A stretch of DNA of 32,913 nucleotides from Candidatus Fermentibacterota bacterium (GCA_016928395.1 JAFGKV010000319.1:1-32913), one strand, 5' to 3'; counted from the first letter of the stretch, positions 8,801 to 17,390 are shown. Translations and numbers: made by a program. The notes: a model not told the origin generated them from the letters alone.

Positions 8801-9960
8801 GCACGTTGGTCTTAGCCGATCTCATCTGGCATCCCCTGGTTCCGGCAGGCGCCGGCAATCGCCAACGTATCCTCTCCTTGGCGGCGTGCGGCCCCGGAGT
8901 AAGGGCGCACTTGATCGGCCCTGGTCCGTTTCCCGATGCCACCGGTCTACCGGTGGTGACCGTCAAGCCATGGAGGCCGATCTGGCGTCCCCCGTGGTTC
9001 AATCCTGACCTGCTTGGCTTTCTTCCCCCGCGGGCCATCAGGAGGATGGCCCGTGCCGCAGCTGCCTTACACCCGGATATCGTGCTGTCGGAAGGGCTCT
9101 GGGCCGTGCCTGCCGGTTCTCAGACGGCTCGACTCACGGGGCGCCCGCTGGCCGTCACTGTCAACAACATCGAACATGTCGTTTTGCTCCAACGCAGGAA
9201 GCTGGCATGGGCGACGGCCGTTCGGTTCATCGAGCGCTCCTGGTATGCCAGGGCCGACCTGCTCATCGCAATGTCCACGGAGGATGCGAGGCGTCTGAAA
9301 TGCGTGCTGGGGAGATCCTGCCCGCGAGTCGAGGTGGTGCCCAATGGAGTGGAGCCCCCTTCTGAACTGGGAGTGCAGGCTGATGTCCCCCATCCCAATG
9401 TCATGTTCCTGGGCAAAACCGACTATCCACCCAATGCCGAGGCAATCCGGGAACTGCAGCACAGTTGGCTTCCGGCCGCCCGCAGTCTGGGCATTCCCGT
9501 CACCGCGGTCGTGGTTGGTGGGCCCAGGGCGCCTGCCTGGCAGGGTGATCTGGTCTTCAGCGGCTATGTGGATGCTGTGTGGCCCTGGATCAACGCAGCC
9601 GATGTGTGCGTCGCGCCACTCATATCCGGGAGCGGCACCCGCCTCAAGGTACTGACCTATCTGGCAGCGGGAAGGCCGGTGATCGCCACGGAGGTGGCGG
9701 TTGAGGGGTTGGGCATGGCGCCGGAGATCCACTACCTCCGCGCCGAGACCGGCGAGGAGTTCGCGGCTGCACTCGCACGGGTTCGCGGTACACCAGAGTT
9801 GGCAGCCGAGTTGGGCCGACGTGGAAAGGAGCTGGCTCAACGATTCTCATGGAATGCGATTGGGAAACACTGGGCCGGCGTGCTCCAGTCGGCCGCGGGT
9901 GGGGCTCCCACGGATTCGTCTCTCGTGGGAGCGGAGGCCCGTGTCACTCATCCGCGATGA
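8797..9960 (+). CDS. Glycosyltransferase family 4
   Basis: Motifs GNRQR, NNIEH, VVPNGV, FLGKTDYPPNAEA, ADVCVAPLISGSGTRLKVLTYLAAGRPVIAT. ATG 8797 overlaps the upstream TGA (ATGA coupling). Confidence 0.9.
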   Translation: MSTLVLADLIWHPLVPAGAGNRQRILSLAACGPGVRAHLIGPGPFPDATGLPVVTVKPWRPIWRPPWFNPDLLGFLPPRAIRRMARAAAALHPDIVLSEGLWAVPAGSQTARLTGRPLAVTVNNIEHVVLLQRRKLAWATAVRFIERSWYARADLLIAMSTEDARRLKCVLGRSCPRVEVVPNGVEPPSELGVQADVPHPNVMFLGKTDYPPNAEAIRELQHSWLPAARSLGIPVTAVVVGGPRAPAWQGDLVFSGYVDAVWPWINAADVCVAPLISGSGTRLKVLTYLAAGRPVIATEVAVEGLGMAPEIHYLRAETGEEFAAALARVRGTPELAAELGRRGKELAQRFSWNAIGKHWAGVLQSAAGGAPTDSSLVGAEARVTHPR

Positions 9961-10289
9961 GGAGGTGACCGCCGCGAACCTGCCACCTCAGCCAGTCGGC
10001 CGCCACCAGTTGTGTTCCCGGGCCTCTGTTCTGCGCGTCAATGGATCCTCAACGCCACCGCACTAGCAATCCTAGTCGAATCAGCGGGTCACATCTCGGC
10101 TGCGATATCGATGGCGCTGTCAACCCCAGACCCTCTTCCCGCCGGGCGACCAGGGACGGTCGCCCCAACAAAGTCAGAGTGCCATCGTCCCGGACCCTGC
10201 GCCCTGATCAGTCACACGCCATAGACAGAACCAGTACGGGGCCGCCAAAGACGGCCCCGTGCGGGGAGGAGGATGCTGGTACGGAAGTC

Positions 10290-10679
10290 CTAGACAGGAG
10301 GTGAGGCGAGCATGCCGTCGAGCGTCTTCCTGAACTCCGTGTCAGGCCGAACACCGACAAGCTGCGTGACCGCCTTGCCATCTGAAAAGATGGCGACCGT
10401 GGGAATCCCGCGTACGCCGAGCTTGCCTGCCCATGCCTGATGATCGTCAACATTGATCTTGGCGAAGATGGCCTTGCCATCGTATTCCTTCGCCAGCTTT
10501 TCAATGGTCGGCGCGAGCATGACGCATGGCGCGCACCACGGAGCCCAGAAGTCAACCACTACTGGGCCGGTGGCAGTTGGAAGCAGCACATCCAGCTCTT
10601 CGTCGGATAGATGTTTCACCAAGCTGTCCGCACTGTGTTCCTCGTCGGCAGGTTTCCTAAGAAGGTCGGCAATTCCCAT
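10290..10679 (-). CDS. trxA: Thioredoxin
   Basis: VVVDFWAPWCAPC active site, KINVD, GVRGIPT cis-Pro loop. ATG 10679 has a purine-rich RBS (GAGAGGA). Confidence 0.9.
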   Translation of the reverse strand: MGIADLLRKPADEEHSADSLVKHLSDEELDVLLPTATGPVVVDFWAPWCAPCVMLAPTIEKLAKEYDGKAIFAKINVDDHQAWAGKLGVRGIPTVAIFSDGKAVTQLVGVRPDTEFRKTLDGMLASPPV

Positions 10680-10989
10680 GTTCGTCTTCCTCTCTATGTG
10701 CCCACCAGATGGTAGGGCTCCCGTTGCCGTGAATGGAACCCTCGTTGAGCCCGGGGAGTTCCGCAAGAAGCCTCCAGACGAGCAGTGGCGCTCCGGGAGG
10801 GCTGGCAATCTCGCATGTGCAGGGCGATGTGCGCCGGTCGAACGCTCCTGCAAGGATCCCGGTATCATGTCTCACGGCATGCCTTATTGACAGGAAGCCG
10901 TTCTTATGCAGAAGTCGTGCCGGAGGCCCTGCACTGTGGACCCGATTCCGGCACACCCCTGCCAAAGAGGGGCCGCGCCTGACGGGGGG

Positions 10990-12321
10990 TCAGTATTCCG
11001 CAGTAACCGTGTAGAAACCGAAGGGTTCGCCGGCCACGCCCACGTGGGTGAATGTCGCTCCCACCGTTGACCCGATCAAAGTTCCCGGGGCCTGGGGATA
11101 GGCAATGCTGTGGCGGTACACGTTGTAGTTGGAGACACCTGCCACTGCATCCCAGTCTAGTACCACATCGCTTCCCACTGTGGTGCTGCGCACGTTCTGC
11201 ACCTGGGCGGGAGGAACCGACGGATTCGTGATCTGAACCAGGTCGATGTTGGCGGGGTTGTTCGTGCCCAGGTTGAAAGGCGCGCCGGCGGCGGCATTGA
11301 CATGCGCGGGGTTCAAAGGCGGGGCCCCCACTAAGGACCGGTAATAGTTCAGCACCTGGGTCATCTGGTAGTCCACCGCCACGGGATCGGTGCCCAGGAT
11401 GATGGTCTTGGGCACGCAGTCCACAGCCGCCTGGGGGCCGTACTGGCAGCAGCCGAAGAGCCCGTCGATCATGAAGACCCGCTGGATGTTATCGAAGGAG
11501 TCACGGAGGTATGCGCTGAGTCCTGGGATACCTCGAGAAATGCCGGAGCCGTGCATCGAGCCTATCCGGATATTGTCAAAGGACCCGTAATGGTTCTTGA
11601 GTACGCCAGTGATCTGGGCGTCACTGTGGTAGCCAAGCACTCCGACATTTATCATGTAGTCCGTGTAGTCAGTGATAATGGTTGCTGGGTGGTGACTGCT
11701 GTCTGGCGTCGGAAACGGATGGTCGATGGTACAAATGGAAGACATGCTGAAGCCAAGGCCGTCCCCAACGAGATCATTCCCGATTCCCGGACCAGAGTAG
11801 TCGTTCGTCCATACTCTGTAGTCTTCCACGGCATAGTAGACCTGGACGCCGGGGCCGCCGAGATTGATGGTGTAGCCGCTGCCGACAATGGGAGCCTTAT
11901 CGAGATCCCAGACCATGATGCTCTCCAGGGGGATGGGCATGGCGCCGAGAGGCATCTGCCGCAGCCCCTGGACCACTGCATCGGTCACGCAGGGGTGCAC
12001 GACCGCCTTCCTGGGCTCCCACCGCTCCCCGTTGGAGTTGTTCTCCTTGAGGCTCACCTTGCTGGACGATGTGATCCCCGGGAGCAGGGAATACCACGCA
12101 GAACCTATGGTGGGCTGGCCCGTGAGCTGCTTGATGCCTGCATTGACCATCTGACGAACGATATCGGCATATACAGTCGATCCCGATACCGCGTTTTCAT
12201 CGGTGACGATGACCACCCTGGTGTTTCGGGCAGATCCGGCGAACAGCTCGTGCGGAATGACGCTGCCGACTGCGGTGGCGATACTGCCGGCGAGGAATCG
12301 TCTCCTGGTGATCATGCGCAT
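10990..12321 (-). CDS. Tat-exported DUF362-domain protein with C-terminal FN3-like domain
   Basis: Twin-arginine signal ITRRRFL. DUF362-like motifs VSLKEN, INVGVLGYH..ITGVLKNHYG, ILGTDPVAVD. C-terminal VVLDWDAVAGVSNYNVYR...FYTVTAEY. Start 12321 or 12315. Confidence 0.75.
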   Translation of the reverse strand: MRMITRRRFLAGSIATAVGSVIPHELFAGSARNTRVVIVTDENAVSGSTVYADIVRQMVNAGIKQLTGQPTIGSAWYSLLPGITSSSKVSLKENNSNGERWEPRKAVVHPCVTDAVVQGLRQMPLGAMPIPLESIMVWDLDKAPIVGSGYTINLGGPGVQVYYAVEDYRVWTNDYSGPGIGNDLVGDGLGFSMSSICTIDHPFPTPDSSHHPATIITDYTDYMINVGVLGYHSDAQITGVLKNHYGSFDNIRIGSMHGSGISRGIPGLSAYLRDSFDNIQRVFMIDGLFGCCQYGPQAAVDCVPKTIILGTDPVAVDYQMTQVLNYYRSLVGAPPLNPAHVNAAAGAPFNLGTNNPANIDLVQITNPSVPPAQVQNVRSTTVGSDVVLDWDAVAGVSNYNVYRHSIAYPQAPGTLIGSTVGATFTHVGVAGEPFGFYTVTAEY

Positions 12322-12628
12322 GCTCTCTCTTTCACGGGGCAACGTGTCGATGGAAGCCAGGTGCGTGCTCAGGAATGGCGGGGACGAAACCTGGCCTGGC
12401 AGCCCGCGTCAATGACAAATGGCGGAGAATGCTCCGTTCGGGTTCGAAGTTGACGGTGTGTCCACTCCGAGGGGGACTCTCAGCACACGGGGGTTGTCAT
12501 CTCTGCCCCTATCGAGGGAGGGCAATCGGCTACCGTGCAGCCGTGTCGGATAGACCAGTGGCCTCAGCCGCAGCCTCCGGTTCAGTTGGGCCGAAGACCT
12601 TCCTGGGTTCGGCGCACTCGTCACCGGG

Positions 12629-13234
12629 TCAACTGAGCAGAGTCATGACTGCCCCGGCAACCAAAGGGATGCGAAGGTTGTCATCCAGGGGAATCGGCAG
12701 GAATTCTACGATGGCCGCGGTGACCGCGCCGTACGCGGCAAGCCAGGGCGAGACGAAGGCGATTCCGATCAGCCATGACACGACGACATTTGCGGTGAAC
12801 CCTTCGAAGCTCTTGCCGAACAGCCGGTAGCTGCCAAAGGCTTTGCCGACGATGGCCGCGGCGGAATCGCCCAGGATGAGGAAGCTCAGCGCCGCCGCGG
12901 CGATATGCCGGTCATACAGGTAGTAGGTGCACAGGGATCCGGTGAGGACAAATGTGGAGCCGGTGAACGTGAACGACTCGTGTTCGCGGACCACCGAGCC
13001 GAAGAAGCGGCTGAAGACGTTGGCAAAACGCCTGTTCTCCAAACGCGCATACTCGATGCAGAGCATCACGACGCTCGCCCCAAGCAGGATCGGCATCATG
13101 ATGTAGCGAGGCAGGAAGCGGCAGCCCAGCGGTATGGCCATGGCGGCCACGTGAACCGACTTGCGTTCGATTTCCCGTGCCAGCATCCCTTTGGTGGACG
13201 GCTGGCGCGAAGTGTCGCCGGGAAAGGCCATCAC
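12629..13234 (-). CDS. Phytol/dolichol (polyprenol) kinase-like membrane protein (CTP_transf_1 family)
   Basis: Motifs REIERKSVH, REHE, GDSAAAIVGKAFG, KSFEG, DDNLRIPL. Confidence 0.85.
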   Translation of the reverse strand: MMAFPGDTSRQPSTKGMLAREIERKSVHVAAMAIPLGCRFLPRYIMMPILLGASVVMLCIEYARLENRRFANVFSRFFGSVVREHESFTFTGSTFVLTGSLCTYYLYDRHIAAAALSFLILGDSAAAIVGKAFGSYRLFGKSFEGFTANVVVSWLIGIAFVSPWLAAYGAVTAAIVEFLPIPLDDNLRIPLVAGAVMTLLS

Positions 13235-13259
13235 CTACCCGCTTCCGTGGGACGAATGA

Positions 13260-13289
13260 ACGGGGGAAGGCGAGCTTCGCCTTCCCCGT
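13260..13289 (-). terminator. GC-rich hairpin immediately downstream of tRNA-Glu, probable terminator
   Basis: ACGGGGGAAGGCGA-GCT-TCGCCTTCCCCGT stem-loop. On the minus strand it is followed by only a weak U-tract (TTCATT). Confidence 0.6.
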
Positions 13290-13290
13290 C

Positions 13291-13365
13291 TGGTAGCGCC
13301 ACGGGGAATCGAACCCCGGTTTGATGGCTGAGAACCACCCGTCCTAACCCCTAGACGATGGCGCC
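13291..13365 (-). tRNA. tRNA-Glu (anticodon CTC)
   Basis: Minus strand GGCGCCATCGTCTAGGGGTTAGGACGGGTGGTTCTCAGCCATCAAACCGGGGTTCGATTCCCCGTGGCGCTACCA: cloverleaf, TTCGA T-loop, encoded CCA. Confidence 0.97.
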
Positions 13366-13379
13366 ACGAGTAGTCGAAC

Positions 13380-13453
13380 TGGCTGGGGAGCAGGGATTCG
13401 AACCCCAATACCATGGTCCAGAGCCATGTGTCCTGCCGTTGGACGACTCCCCA
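13380..13453 (-). tRNA. tRNA-Gln (anticodon CTG)
   Basis: Minus strand TGGGGAGTCGTCCAACGGCAGGACACATGGCTCTGGACCATGGTATTGGGGTTCGAATCCCTGCTCCCCAGCCA: U1-A72 acceptor pair typical of tRNA-Gln, encoded CCA. Confidence 0.97.
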
Positions 13454-13541
13454 TCCACTCCCCGCATTCTTCGACAGAAGAACACACCCTCCAGAGATGC
13501 TTATCTGCCGGGTGAGAATACAGTAAATGAATGAACGAGAC

Positions 13542-13570
13542 AAGCTAGAGACAAGAGGCGGCGCGGTCAA
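13542..13570 (-). promoter_or_regulatory. Sigma70-type promoter for the tRNA-Gln/tRNA-Glu pair
   Basis: Minus strand TTGACC-N17-TAGCTT, about 90 nt upstream of tRNA-Gln. Confidence 0.65.
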
Positions 13571-13753
13571 GCCATCCGCGATGGGATGCGTCAGGCATTC
13601 CCAGATCTTCACCCGTTGCTTCCCGGGGCGTCCATGCCGAGGCGCCTCGCGGCCTTGCCTCCCACATGAACCCTCTCTACCTTGGCGGGTCACGCTCATT
13701 TCACTGACACCACGACCGCGCCTGCGCGGGTTCATCATCATGGAGGCACCTGT

Positions 13754-14764
13754 ATGGACTGGGACAACCTCGGGTTCAAAGTCGTTCCCACCAAGACGCT
13801 GTACGTGGCGCGTACAGATGAGAACCTCCAGTGGCAACCTGGCGCCTGCGTGCCGTACGGCCCCCTGGAGATCCATCCCGCATCCGGAGCCCTCAACTAC
13901 GGCCAGAGCGGTTTCGAGGGCATGAAAGCCTTCGATGCGGCCGGTCGCTCGGTGGTCTTGTTCCGGCCGCACGATAATGCCCGAAGGATGCAGCAGCTTG
14001 CCGAGCGCCTTTGCATGCCTCCCTACCCCGTGGATGACTTCGTGGCAGCCGTACTATCCGTGGTGAATGAGAACCGGGAGTTCATACCTCCCGGAGACAA
14101 GGGAAGCCTCTACATCCGTCCGGTTCTGTCTGGCAGTGGGCCGGTGCTCGGTGTCGGGCCGGCCAGCTCGTATATCTTCTATGTCTTCGTCTCTCCCGTG
14201 GGGCCATACTTCAAGGGCGGCATCCGTCCCATCGATCTGCTGGTAACGGATTACCACCGCGCCGCTCCCAACGGAACCGGCAATGTGAAAGCCGCAGGCA
14301 ACTATGCCGCGAGCCTGAAGCCGTTGACCGGCGCCAAGAGCGCCGGCTATGACGAGGTTCTGTATTTGGATGCCCGGGAAGACATCTTTGTCGAAGAGGT
14401 TGGGGCCGCCAACTTCTTTGCCGTGCTCAAGTCTGGTGTCATCGTGACGCCCCGTCATGGTTCCATTCTCCCCGGCATCACCAGGGACTCGATCATCCGG
14501 CTCTCCATGGAGCATTTCTCGTGGCAGGTTGAGGAACGGGATATCGAGATTCACGAGGTACTTGGCGAAGCCGCGGAGTGTTTCAGTACCGGCACCGCCG
14601 CGGTGGTCACGCCTATCGGCAGTATTACCTACCGAGGCGCGCGCCACGCGTTATCGGACGGGAAGCCCGGTGAGAAGACCATGGCCCTCCGTGATAGGCT
14701 GGTAGGGATTCAACGCAAGAAGTATCCGGATCCTTACTCTTGGGTCGTGGAGGTGCCACGATAG
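13754..14764 (+). CDS. ilvE: Branched-chain amino acid aminotransferase
   Basis: Motifs MDWDNLGF, LNYGQSGFEGMKA, LYIRP, PLP-lysine KAAGNYA, EEVGAANFF, ILPGITRDS, GTAAVVTPIG. GGAGG RBS at 13742-13746. Confidence 0.95.
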   Translation: MDWDNLGFKVVPTKTLYVARTDENLQWQPGACVPYGPLEIHPASGALNYGQSGFEGMKAFDAAGRSVVLFRPHDNARRMQQLAERLCMPPYPVDDFVAAVLSVVNENREFIPPGDKGSLYIRPVLSGSGPVLGVGPASSYIFYVFVSPVGPYFKGGIRPIDLLVTDYHRAAPNGTGNVKAAGNYAASLKPLTGAKSAGYDEVLYLDAREDIFVEEVGAANFFAVLKSGVIVTPRHGSILPGITRDSIIRLSMEHFSWQVEERDIEIHEVLGEAAECFSTGTAAVVTPIGSITYRGARHALSDGKPGEKTMALRDRLVGIQRKKYPDPYSWVVEVPR

Positions 14765-14985
14765 GCAACAGGGGCCCGTCACGGCTGGGCGTCGGTGCAA
14801 GAAGGGGGAATACCCGCTTCTCGGCGGTTTTCGAATGGAATCGTATCCGTCGATGAGCGAATCATGGCGCCGTCACACACGAGTGGTTTCATAGAGGTTG
14901 CCGATGTAGTGCCCGCTGCCGAACGGTTGGGGGGCTTCCGTCGAGCAGCGTACGTGGTTGTCATGCCTGAACAAGCAGGAGACTG

Positions 14986-15789
14986 ATGAAGGAACTGACT
15001 CTCGAGATTGGTGGGCTGTCCACCACAATTGTCGTACCAGAGGAACCCATCGCTGAGGTTCTGCTGGATAGGTATGCGGCGTTCTTGATCCCGGAAACTA
15101 CGGACGAGTCGATCATCCGTGTCGAGCTGCTGACTGGATCCCTGGAGCAGGGCTACAGAGCTCCTACCATTGTCAGCGATGGCGATACCATCACCGTGAC
15201 TCGCCACGATTTGAGTGCAACCTCGCGGAATCGCGGCAAGACCTGGCACGCGAGGATGATCGCCAACGAGTACACCTTTGATTCGTGCCTCAGGGTTCTC
15301 TACACATTGCGGCTTCTCGAACACGAGGGCTTCCTCGTTCATGCCAGCGCCCAGCTTCGAAACGGCATCGGCTGCATCTTTACCGGTAAGAGCGAAGCCG
15401 GAAAGAGCACTATCAGCCGGCTCGGCACCGACAACCTCGTACTGTGCGATGAGCTTCCCATGGTGAGGAAGGTCAATGGAGGCTACAGGGTGTGGGGAAC
15501 ACCCTTCTGGGGGGAATTCGGCAAGGGTACCATCACCGCGTCGGGCGACGTGAAGACCGTATTCTTCCTGAACAAGGCGCCCTTCAACCGTAGCACGCCG
15601 CTGAGTTCCGCCAAGGCCTTGCCGCGCCTTCTGCAGACGACTCTCTTCTTCTCACGGGATCGCACCATGGTCGACGCTGCCATGCAGCGGTGTATGGACT
15701 TCCTCGACCATGTCAGCGCCTTCGATCTCTACTTCCGCCCAGAACCTGGGGTGTGGGAGGCAGTGGACAGCGCCCTGCCGCCAGCCTAG
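14986..15789 (+). CDS. HPr kinase-related P-loop protein of the type found in PqqD/RRE-dependent RiPP clusters (ScmC / lasso-peptide-kinase-like)
   Basis: LVHASA, Walker A GKSEAGKST, LCDE acidic pair, VWGTPFWGE. No N-terminal HprK DRTGG-like domain evident. AGGAG RBS. Confidence 0.75.
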   Translation: MKELTLEIGGLSTTIVVPEEPIAEVLLDRYAAFLIPETTDESIIRVELLTGSLEQGYRAPTIVSDGDTITVTRHDLSATSRNRGKTWHARMIANEYTFDSCLRVLYTLRLLEHEGFLVHASAQLRNGIGCIFTGKSEAGKSTISRLGTDNLVLCDELPMVRKVNGGYRVWGTPFWGEFGKGTITASGDVKTVFFLNKAPFNRSTPLSSAKALPRLLQTTLFFSRDRTMVDAAMQRCMDFLDHVSAFDLYFRPEPGVWEAVDSALPPA

Positions 15790-15941
15790 CGCCTTCTGTC
15801 ACCCTCGCGGTGTCAGAAGGCCACAGTATTCGATTCACGGCCGCAGTTCGCGACGACTCACGATTCGAGGGTTCTCCCCTCCCCGTGCGACCCAGGCAGC
15901 CGCCACGCATGGGGCCGGTCTTTGTCAGCAGGCATCATCCC

Positions 15942-16622
15942 TTACCTGCTCCTGCCAGACGTGAGGAATCCGCGCGCCCAGTCCTCGAAACCGGGGCGCC
16001 CTGCCCTCTCCACCAGCTCCGATAGCGGGGCCAGGCTCATGAGCCGTCGTACAAGGGCAGCGTAGCGCCGGTATGCTCCCCGGCCACCTGCCGACAGTGC
16101 CTCCCATGTGGGTTCGCATCGGGGCGGTTCCAGGAGATCTCCCGAGGCAACGACGGCGAATCCTTCATAGAGCCACTCGGGCCCCATGGCATCCTCGTCA
16201 CCGCCCACGATGGCGATGTGGAGGCGGTGCGCGATCTCGTGGGCTAAGAGTCGCGGGTACGCGTCTGGCGTCGACCCATATTCGGGAGCAACGGACGCAT
16301 ACTCCTCGGGCGTAACCGCCACCAGTATCCGACACTCAAGAGCAGCGGCAAGCCCCGGGGTGGGCACCGGCAAATCGCGGGGCAGAGAATGGAGTGTCTT
16401 GATCCTTTCCCACAATGCAGCCTGGCTCTCGAATACCTCTACTCCCCTGTCGAAGAAGACTCCCATGCGGTGCGTCCATCCGTGGGCCGCCGCGAAACCC
16501 TCAATCGTGGCGTAGGCTGCAGAGACTGCCTCGGCAAACTCATCCCGACGAGGTTCCAGGAGTGGGGAGAGACGAAGAAGCGTGAACGCCTCCCGTGCGA
16601 TGTGCCCATCTGAGATCACCAC
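15942..16622 (-). CDS. HExxH gluzincin-like putative metallopeptidase (Peptidase MA-like)
   Basis: LLAHEIAHRLH followed by PEWLYEGFA (third zinc ligand Glu). No signal peptide. Confidence 0.65.
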   Translation of the reverse strand: MVISDGHIAREAFTLLRLSPLLEPRRDEFAEAVSAAYATIEGFAAAHGWTHRMGVFFDRGVEVFESQAALWERIKTLHSLPRDLPVPTPGLAAALECRILVAVTPEEYASVAPEYGSTPDAYPRLLAHEIAHRLHIAIVGGDEDAMGPEWLYEGFAVVASGDLLEPPRCEPTWEALSAGGRGAYRRYAALVRRLMSLAPLSELVERAGRPGFEDWARGFLTSGRSR

Positions 16623-16727
16623 GGAATCTCTCTACACTCCCAGCGTCGGGCGTGTGCCATGAAGGCCTGTGGAGCAGCACCATCGAGGCCATCCGACGGA
16701 GAAGGCTATGTGACAGCAGGAAGGTGG

Positions 16728-16762
16728 GAAAAGGAAAGGGCCAGGCCTTGCGGCCTGGCCCT
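16728..16762 (-). terminator. Rho-independent terminator downstream of the 83-aa peptide gene
   Basis: Minus strand AGGGCCAGGCC-GCAA-GGCCTGGCCCT (11-bp stem, GNRA loop) followed by TTCCTTTT. Confidence 0.85.
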
Positions 16763-16781
16763 CCACAAGATCCTGAATCGG

Positions 16782-17033
16782 CTAGCTGGCCAAATAGGCC
16801 AGTTGGCAGATCGCAGTACTGACGCTGGAATAGCCAGAGTTGAAGTGCAGCCAGGGGCCGGACGTACCCGGGGTATGGCTGTAGCTGACGCTTCCGGCGG
16901 AGTGACCGGTCAGATAGGTCGATCCCGGGCCGATGTGGATGTTCTCGCCGGTTGTGGATTTGGCACAGGAAAGAGCCGATGTCTCGAACGAGCGCTCGGA
17001 GACGATCGACGGCTTACGATAAGCCTTGCGCAT
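16782..17033 (-). CDS. 83-aa putative RiPP precursor peptide
   Basis: AGGAGG RBS and its own terminator. Leader MRKAYRKPSIVSERSFETSALSC carries a YxxPx(I/L) RRE-binding-type motif. Core is rich in Ser/Thr/Gly/His/aromatics, has two Cys and ends in Ser. Confidence 0.7.
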   Translation of the reverse strand: MRKAYRKPSIVSERSFETSALSCAKSTTGENIHIGPGSTYLTGHSAGSVSYSHTPGTSGPWLHFNSGYSSVSTAICQLAYLAS

Positions 17034-17070
17034 GACTGCCTCCTCTGAAACGGATGTCGTCTACTGACGA

Positions 17071-17274
17071 CTACCGAGTTGATGTGACTGGAACGCGAGC
17101 TGACAGCTTGCCACCGAGCAGGGTGACGATCCTGTACTGCACATCCTCCCGGGGGGTCTTGCCCTTCTCGGGAGTCTTTGCAGCCTGGAACGTCTGCCCT
17201 TTCGCCGGTTTCGCGGCGAGAACGGCGGGCGCGGCCAAGCTCAGGATAAGCAGGGCGACGACTAGATAACGCAT
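17071..17274 (-). CDS. 67-aa small secreted protein of unknown function
   Basis: AAGGAGG RBS and a classical signal peptide MRYLVVALLILSLAAPAVLA|A. Lys-rich mature part. Confidence 0.6.
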   Translation of the reverse strand: MRYLVVALLILSLAAPAVLAAKPAKGQTFQAAKTPEKGKTPREDVQYRIVTLLGGKLSARVPVTSTR

Positions 17275-17360
17275 CTCTGCCTCCTTGCCTTAGGTCCAAA
17301 CTTCCGTTGATCATCCTCATTGGAGGAACGATCAAGGACACTAACTGACAAGACTGAGCA

Positions 17361-17390
17361 GCTATATACGCGAGATTTCATGATTGTCAA
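17361..17390 (-). promoter_or_regulatory. Putative sigma70 promoter for the two small peptide genes
   Basis: Perfect TTGACA on the minus strand (17385-17390) with TATATAGC 16-18 nt downstream; the -10 element is imperfect. Confidence 0.5.

Noticed and set aside
10530-10550. WCAPC instead of WCGPC in thioredoxin
   Set aside because: A common natural variant; not unusual enough to report.
12430-12500. TPP-riboswitch-like GCTGAGA...GAACC on the minus strand upstream of the DUF362 gene
   Set aside because: Lacks the downstream CUGAU...UAAUGC...GCGUAGG elements and has no thiamine-related context.
13291-13453. tRNA as integration site of a genomic island
   Set aside because: No integrase and no duplicated tRNA 3' end seen in the window; the flanking genes are housekeeping.
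13235-13972. 245-aa minus-strand ORF and the many other antisense or alternate-frame ORFs (e.g. 504-1316, 11551-12453, 22873-23796)
   Set aside because: They overlap tRNAs or well-supported genes, have no recognisable motifs, and are expected shadow ORFs in high-GC DNA.
16782-17033. Classical lasso peptide precursor
   Set aside because: No Thr(-2) placement gives an Asp/Glu at core position 7-9, the core would be ~60 aa, and no lasso cyclase or B protein is in the window. Kept only as a generic RRE-type precursor.
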